Below the pieces are notes generated by a model. That model saw nothing but the letters and a program-made list of their open reading frames with translations, was not told the origin of the DNA and ran no database searches. Source: Eledone cirrhosa (lineage: Eukaryota). From it: DNA of 64,000 nt. The position numbers were made by a program, and so were the translations under genes. The stretch lies in NCBI GenBank assembly GCA_964016885.1, contig OZ024740.1, positions 19,840,001 through 19,904,000 on the forward strand, given 5' to 3'. Every line of letters starts with the position of its first letter. Position 1 is the stretch's first letter. Shown piece by piece: positions 56,576 through 64,000 of the stretch.

Positions 56576-59500
56576 CGACAGCTAACAACTGATGCAGTGT
56601 CCCGACAGCTAACAACTGATGCAGTGTCCTCTCGACAGCTAACAACTGATGCAGTGTCCTCTCGACAGCTAACAACTGATGCAGTGTCCCGAGAGCTAAC
56701 AACTGATGCAGTGTCCTCTCGACAGCTAACAACTGATGTAGTGTCCTCTCGACAGCTAACAACTGATGCAGTGTCCTCTCGACAGCTAACAACTGATGCA
56801 GTGTCCCCACAGCTAACAACTGATGTAGTGTCCTCTCGAAAGCTAACAACTGATGCAGTGTCCCGACAGCTAACAACTGATGCAGTGTCCCGACAGCTAA
56901 CAACTGATGCAGTGTCTCGACAGCTAACAACTGATGCAGTGTCTCGACATCTAACAACTGATGCAGTGTCCTTCCGACAGCTAACAACTGATGTAGTGTC
57001 CTCTCGACAGCTAACAACTGATGCAGTGATTCGACAGCTAACAACTGATGCAGTGTCCTCTCGACAGCTAACAACTGATGCAGTGATTCGACATCTAACA
57101 ACTGATACAGTGTCCTCTCGACAGCTAACAACTCTTGCAGTGTCCCGACAGCTAACAACTGATGCAGTGTCCTCTCGACAGCTAACAACTGATGCAGTGT
57201 CCTCTCGACAGCTAACAATGATGCAGTGTACCGACAGCTAACAACTGATGCAGTGTCCTCTCGGCAGCTAACAACTGATGCAGTGTCCTCTCGACAGCTA
57301 ACAACTGATGCAGTGTCCCGACAGCTAACAACTGATGCAGTGTCCTCTCGACAGCTAACAACTGATGCAGTGTCCTCTCGACAGCTAACAACTGATGCAG
57401 TGTCCCGACAGCTAACAACTGATGCAGTGTCCTCTCGACAGCTAACAACTGATGCAGTGTCCCGACAGCTAACAACTGATGCAGTGTCCTCTCGAAAGCT
57501 AACAACTGATGCAGTATCCCGACAGCTAACAACTGATGCAGTGTCCCGACAGCTAACAACTGATGCAGTGTCTCGACAGCTAACAACTGATGCAGTGTCC
57601 CGACAGCTAACAACTGATGCAGTGTCTCGACAGCTAACAACTGATGCAGTGTCTCGACAGCTAACAACTGATGCAGTGTCCTTCCGACAGCTAACAACTG
57701 ATGCAGTGTCCTCTCGACAGCTAAAAACTGATGCAGTGATTCGACATCTAACAACTGATGCAGTGTCCTCTCGACAGCTAACAACTGATGCAGTGATTCG
57801 ACAGCTAACAACTGATGCAGTGTCCTCTCGACAGCTAACAACTGATGCAGTGATTCGACATCTAACAACTGATGCAGTGTCCTCTCGACAGCTAACAACT
57901 GATGCAGTGTCCCGACAGCTAACAACTGATGCAGTGTCCTCTCGACAGCTAACAACTGATACAGTGTCCCGAAAGCTAACAACTGATGCAGTGTCTCGAC
58001 ATCTAACAACTGATGCAGTGTCCCGACAGCTAACAACTGATACAGTGTCCCGACAGCTAACAACTGATGCAGTGTCCCGACAGCTAACAACTGATGCAGT
58101 GTCCCAACAGCTAACAACTGATGCAGTGTCCTCTCGACAGCTAACAACTGATGCAGTGTCCCGACAGCTAACAACTGATGCAGTGTCCTCTCGACAGCTA
58201 ACAACTGATGCAGTGTCCTCTCGACAGCTAACAACTGATGCAGTGTCCCGAGAGCTAACAACTGATGCAGTGTCCTCTCGACAGCTAACAACTGATGTAG
58301 TGTCCTCTCGACAGCTAACAACTGATGCAGTGTCCTCTCGACAGCTAACAACTGATGCAGTGTCCCGACAGCTAACAACTGATGTAGTGTCCTCTCGAAA
58401 GCTAACAACTGATGCAGTGTCCCGACAGCTAACAACTGATGCAGTGTCCCGACAGCTAACAACTGATGCAGTGTCTCGACAGCTAACAACTTATGCAGTG
58501 TCCCGACAGCTAACAACTGATGCAGTGTCTCGACAGCTAACAACTGATGCAGTGTCTCGACAGCTAACAACTGATGCAGTGTCCTTCCGACAGCTAACAA
58601 CTGATGCAGTGTCCTCTCGACAGCTAACAACTGATGCAGTGATTGGACAGCTAACAACTGATGCAGTGTCCTCTCGACAGCTAACAACTGATGCAGTGTC
58701 CTCTCGACAGCTAACAACTGATGCAGTGTACCGACAGCTAACAACTGATGCAGTGTCCTCTCGGCAGCTAACAACTGATGCAGTGTCCTCTCGACAGCAA
58801 ACAACTGATGCAGTGTCCCGACAGCTAACAACTGATGCAGTGTCCTCTCGACAGCTAACAACTGATGCAGTGTCCTCTCGACAGCTAACAACTGATGCAG
58901 TGTCCCGACAGCTAACAACTGATGCAGTGTCCTCTCGACAGCTAACAACTGATGCAGTGTCCCGACAGCTAACAACTGATGCAGTGTCCTCTCGAAAGCT
59001 AACAACTGATGCAGTATCCCGACAGCTAACAACTGATGCAGTGTCCCGACAGCTAACAACTGATGCAGTGTCTCGACAGCTAACAACTGATGCAGTGTCC
59101 CGACAGCTAACAACTGATGCAGTGTCTCGACAGCTAACAACTGATGCAGTGTCCTTCCGACAGCTAACAACTGATGCAGTGTCCTCTCGACAGCTAAAAA
59201 CTGATGCAGTGATTCGACAGCTAACAACTGATGCAGTGTCCTCTCGACAGCTAACAACTGATGCAGTGTCCTCTCGACAGCTAACAACTGATGCAGTGAT
59301 TCGACATCTAACAACTGATGCAGTGTCCTCTCGACAGCTAACAACTGATGCAGTGTCCCGACAGCTATCAACTGATGCAGTGTCCTCTCGACAGCTAACA
59401 ACTGATGCAGTGTCCTCTCGACAGCTAACAACTGATGCAGTGTCCCGAAAGCTAACAACTGATGCAGTGTCTCGACATCTAACAACTGATGCAGTGTCCC

Positions 59501-61500
59501 GACAGCTAACAACTGATACATTGTCCCGACAGCTAACAATTGATGCAGTGTCCTCTCGACAGCTAACAACTGATGCAGTGTCCTCTCGACAGCTAACAAT
59601 TGATGCAGTGTCTCGACAGCTAACAACTGATGCAGTGTCTCGACAGATAACAATAGATGCAGTGTCCTTCCGACAGCTAACAACTGATGCAGTGTCCTCT
59701 CGACAGCTAACAACTGATGCAGTGTCCTCTCGACAGCTAACAACTGATGCAGTGTCCCGACAGCTAACAACTGATGCAGTGTCTCGACAGCTAAGAAATG
59801 ATGCAGTGATTCGACAGCTAACAACTGATGGAGTGTCTCGACAGCTAACAACTGATGCAGTGTCTCCACAGCTAACAACTGATGCAGTGTCCTTCCGACA
59901 GCTAACAACTGATGCAGTGTCCTCTCGACAGGTAACAACTGATGCAGTGATTCGACATCTAACAACTGATGCAGTGTCCTCTCGACAGCTAACATCTGAT
60001 GCAGTGTCTCGACAGCTAACAACTGATGCAGTGTCTCGACAGCTAACAACTGATGCAGTGTCCACGCAGGTAACAACTGATGCAGTGTCCTCTCGACAGC
60101 TAACAACTTATGCAGTGTCCTCTCGACAGCTAACAACTGATGTAGTGTCCTCTCGACAGCTAACAACTGATGCAATGTCCTCTATACAGCTAACAACTTA
60201 TGCAGTGTCCTCTCGACAGCTAACAACTGATGTAGTGTCCTCTCGACAGCTAAGAACTGATGCAGTGTCCCGACAGCTAACAACTGATGCAGTGTCTCGA
60301 CATCTAACAACTGATGCAGTGTCCCAACAGCTAACAACTGATGCAGTGTCCTCTCGACAGCTAACAACTGATGCAGTGTCCCGACAGCTAACAACTGATG
60401 CAGTGTCCTCTCGACAGCTAACAACTGATGCAGTGTCCCGACAGCTAACAACTGATGCAGTGTCCTCTCGACAGCTAACAACTAATGCAGTGTCTCGACA
60501 GCTAACAACTGATGCAGTGTCCCCACAGCTAACAACTGATGCAGTGTCCTCTCGACAGCTAACAACTGATGCAGTGTCCCGACAGCTAACAACTGATGCA
60601 GTGTCCTCTCGTCAGCTAACAACTGATGCAGTGACCCGACAGCTAACAACTGATGCAGTGTCTCGACAGCTAACAACTGATGCAGTGTCCCGACAGCTAA
60701 CAACTGATGCAGTGTCTCGACAGCTAACAACTGATGCAGTGTCTCGATAGCTAACAACTGATGCAGTGTCCTTCCGACAGCTAACAACTGATGCAGTGTC
60801 CTCTCGACAGCTAAAAACTGATGCAGTGATTCGACATCTAACAACTGATGCAGTGTCCTCTCGACAGCTAACAACTGATGCAGTGATTCGACAGCTAACA
60901 ACTGATGCAGTGTCCTCTCGACAGATAACAACTGATGCAGTGATTCGACATCTAACAACTGATACAGTGTCCTCTCGACAGCTAACAACTGATGCAGTGT
61001 CCCGACAGCTAACAACTGATGCAGTGTCCTCTCGACAGCTAACAACTGATGCAGTGTCCTCTCGACAGCTAACAACTGATGCAGTGTCCCGACAGCTAAC
61101 AACTGATGCAGTGTCTCGACATCTAACAACTGATGCAGTGTCCCGACAGCTAACAACTGATACAGTGTCCCGACAGCTAACAACTGATGCAGTGTCTCGA
61201 CAGCTAACAATAGATGCACTGTCCTTCCGACAGCTAACAACTGATGCAGTGTTTTCTCGACAGCTAACAACTGATGCAGTGTCCTCTCGACAGGTAACAA
61301 CTGATGCAGTGATTCGACATCTAACAACTGATGCAGTGTCCTCTCGACAGCTAACATCTGATGCAGTGTCTCGACAGCTAACAACTGATGCAGTGTCTCG
61401 ACAGCTAACAACTGATGCAGTGTCCATGCAGGTAACAACTGATGCAGTGTCCTCTCGACAGCTAACAACTTATGCAGTGTCCTCTCGACAGCTAACAACT

Positions 61501-61861
61501 TATGCAGTGTCCTCTCGACAGCTAACAACTTATGCAGTGTCCTCTCGACAGCTAACAACTGATGTAGTGTCCTCTCGACAGCTAACAACTGATGAAGTGT
61601 CCTCTCGACAGCTAACAACTGATGCAATGTCCTCTATACAGCTAACAACTTATGCAGTGTCCTCTCGACAGCTAACAACTGATGCAGTGTCCTCTCGACA
61701 GCTAACAACTTATGCAGTGTCCTCTCGACAGCTAACAACTGATGTAGTGTCCTCTCGACAGCTAACAACTGATGAAGTGTCCTCTCGACAGCTAACAACT
61801 GATGCAATGTCCTCTATACAGGCTAACAACTTATGCAGTGTCCTCTCGACAGCTAACATCT
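61501..61861 (+). repeat. Local 180-bp (6 x 30-mer) duplication; the second copy carries a 1-bp insertion
   Basis: The ordered variants TAT, GATGTA, GATGAA, GCAATG..TCTATA occur at 61531-61640 and again at 61711-61820. The second copy reads ATACAGGCTAAC (extra G at ~61821). Confidence 0.88.
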
Positions 61862-64000
61862 GATGCAGTGTCTCGACAGCTAACAACTGATGCAGTGTCC
61901 CAACAGCTAACAGCTGATGCAGTGTCCTCTCGACAGCTAACAACTGATGCAGTGTCCCGACAGCTAACAACTGATGCAGTGTCCTCTCGACAGTTAACAA
62001 CTGATACAGTGTCCTCTCGACAGCTAACATCTGATGCAGTGTCTCGACAGCTAACAACTGATGCAGTGTCCCAACAGCTAACAACTGATGCAGTGTCCTC
62101 TCGACAGCTAACAACTGATGCAGTGTCCTCTCGACAGTTAACAACTGATACAGTGTCCTCTCGACAGCTAACAACTGATGCAGTGTCCCGACAGCTAACA
62201 ACTGATGCAGTGTCCTCTCGACAGTTAACAACTGATACAGTGTCCTCTCGACAGCTAACAACTGATGCAGTGCCCCGACAGCTAACAACTGATGCAGTGT
62301 CCTCTCGACAGCTAACAACTGATGCAGTGTCCTCTCGACAGCTAACAACTGATGCAGTGTCCTCTCGACAGCTAACAACTGATGCAGTGTCCCGACAGCT
62401 AACAACTGATGCAGTGTCCTCTCGAAAGCTAACAACTGATGCAGTGTCCCGACAGCTAACAACTGATGCAGTGTCTCGACAGCTAACAACTGATGCAGTG
62501 TCTCGACAGCTAACAACTGATGCAGTGTCTCGACAGCTAACAACTGATGCAGTGTCCTTCCGACATCTAACAACTGATGCAGTGTCCTCTCGACAGCTAA
62601 CAACTGATGCAGTGATTCGACAGCTAACAACTGATGCAGTGTCCTCTCGACAGCTAACAACTGATGCAGTGATTCGACATCTAACAACTGATACAGTGTC
62701 CTCTCGACAGCTAACAACTGTTGCAGTGTCCCGACAGCTAACAACTGATGCAGTGTCCTCTCGACAGCTAACAACTGATGCAGTGTCCTCTCGACAGCTA
62801 ACAACTGATGCAGTGTACCGACAGCTAACAACTGATGCAGTGTCCTCTCGGCAGCTAACAACTGATGCAGTGTCCCGACAGCTAACAACTGATGCAGTGT
62901 CCTCTCGACAGCTAACAACTGATGCAGTGTCCTCTCGACAGCTAACAACTGATGCAGTGTCCCGACAGCTAACAACTGATGCAGTGTCTCGACAGCTAAC
63001 AACTGATGCAGTGTCCTCTCGACAGCTAACAACTGATGCAGTGTCCCGACAGCTAACAACTGATGCAGTGTCTCGACAGCTAACAACTGATGCAGTGTCC
63101 TCTCGACAGCTAACAACTGATGCAGTGTCCCGACAGCTAACAACTGATGCAGTGTCCTCTCGACAGCTAACAACTGATGCAGTGTCCTCTCGACAGCTAA
63201 CAACTGATGCAGTGTCCCGACAGCTAACAACTGATGCAGTGTCCCGACAGCTAACAACTGATGCAGTGTCTCGACAGCTAACAACTGATGCAGTGTCCCG
63301 ACAGCTAACAACTGATGCAGTGTCTCGACAGCTAACAACTGATGCAGTGTCTCGACAGCTAACAACTGATGCAGTGTCCTTCCGACAGCTAACAACTGAT
63401 GCAGTGTCCTCTCGACAGCTAAAAACTGATGCAGTGATTCGACATCTAACAACTGATGCAGTGTCCTCTCGACAGCTAACAACTGATGCAGTGATTCGAC
63501 AGCTAACAACTGATGCAGTGTCCTCTCGACAGCTAACAACTGATGCAGTGATTCGACATCTAACAACTGATGCAGTGTCCTCTCGACAGCTAACAACTGA
63601 TGCAGTGTCCTCTCGACAGCTAACAACTGATGCAGTGTCCCGAAAGCTAACAACTGATGCAGTGTCTCGACATCTAACAACTGATGCAGTGTCCCGACAG
63701 CTAACAACTGATACAGTGTCCCGACAGCTAACAATTGATGCAGTGTCCTCTCGACAGCTAACAACTGATGCAGTGTCCTCTCGACAGCTAACAATTGATG
63801 TAGTGTCTCGACAGCTAACAACTGATGCGGTGTCTCGACAGATAACAATAGATGCAGTGTCCTTCCGACAGCTAACAACTGATGCAGTGTCCTCTCGACA
63901 GCTAACAACTGATGCAGTGTCCTCTCGACAGCTAACAACTGATGCAGTGTCCCGACAGCTAACAACTGATGCAGTGTCTCGACAGCTAAGAAATGATGCA

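Larger units (their letters stand above)
1..64000 (+). repeat. Satellite/minisatellite tandem array of interspersed 27-bp and 30-bp monomers, consensus CGACAGCTAACAACTGATGCAGTG(TCC|TCT|TCCTCT)
   Basis: The motif repeats head-to-tail from position 12 to the window end with no non-repeat sequence seen. Monomers mostly differ from consensus by 0-2 substitutions (up to about 4). All are in one orientation, and the array is truncated at both window edges. Confidence 0.99.

Noticed and set aside
6-63965. The long ORFs on both strands as genuine CDSs (mucin, surface antigen or Leu-rich repeat protein)
   Set aside because: They are pure repeat with starts mostly at in-repeat GTG/TTG, have no unique domains, and overlap in three frames. 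Stops and frameshifts are propagated through duplications. Open frames are expected by chance for 9-10-codon units.
1-64000. CRISPR array (27-30-bp partly palindromic repeat)
   Set aside because: The repeats abut directly with no unique spacers, and there is no leader or cas gene.
1-64000. Telomerase-synthesised long telomeric repeat
   Set aside because: There is no G-rich strand with G runs, the length far exceeds typical long-unit telomere tracts, and kb-scale duplications of variant patterns indicate recombinational copying. A subtelomeric location cannot be excluded.
1-64000. Synthetic construct or rolling-circle/sequencing concatemer artefact
   Set aside because: Variants are shared hierarchically between distant blocks in a nested, tree-like way, which random errors on a single template would not produce. 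Individual duplications could still be mis-assembled.
1-64000. Embedded transposon, inversion, tRNA/rRNA or unique island
   Set aside because: None was seen on reading through, and the ORF track shows only repeat-derived peptides in constant orientation. A very short insertion could have been missed by eye.
1-64000. Assignment as a functional centromere or to a specific taxon
   Set aside because: There is no diagnostic motif (e.g. CENP-B box) or recognisable family. This would require ChIP, assembly context or a database search.

Overview
The whole 64-kb window is one uninterrupted, head-to-tail, single-orientation tandem array of roughly 2,200-2,300 monomers (estimated from length), about 50% GC, running off both ends. 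The core is CGACAGCTAACAACTGATGCAGTG, followed by TCC, TCT or ATT (27-bp units) or TCCTCT/TCCTTC (30-bp units). Reading by eye I found no unique sequence, transposon insertion, inversion, RNA gene or credible protein-coding gene. The many long ORFs (RQLTTDAVS(S) on +; TLHQLLAV[G/E](R) and DTASVVSCR(E) on -) arise because both unit lengths are multiples of 3 and three of six frames lack a stop. All three frames are repeatedly broken by stops, and 11 frameshifting indels have been copied along the array. The informative structure is higher-order. Ordered rare-variant monomers define nested, irregular higher-order repeats: near-identical tandem duplications of 2,679, 3,008 and 5,143 bp, and further periods of 54, 180, 1,230/1,449, 1,509, 2,948, 3,294, 3,609 and 3,657 bp. 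Variant content also changes along the array, giving layered sub-domains with a turnover at about 38-41.5 kb. The best reading is a eukaryote-type satellite or giant minisatellite undergoing recent expansion. Organism, chromosomal position and function cannot be determined from this sequence, and I found no multi-gene system. Breakpoint coordinates are approximate.
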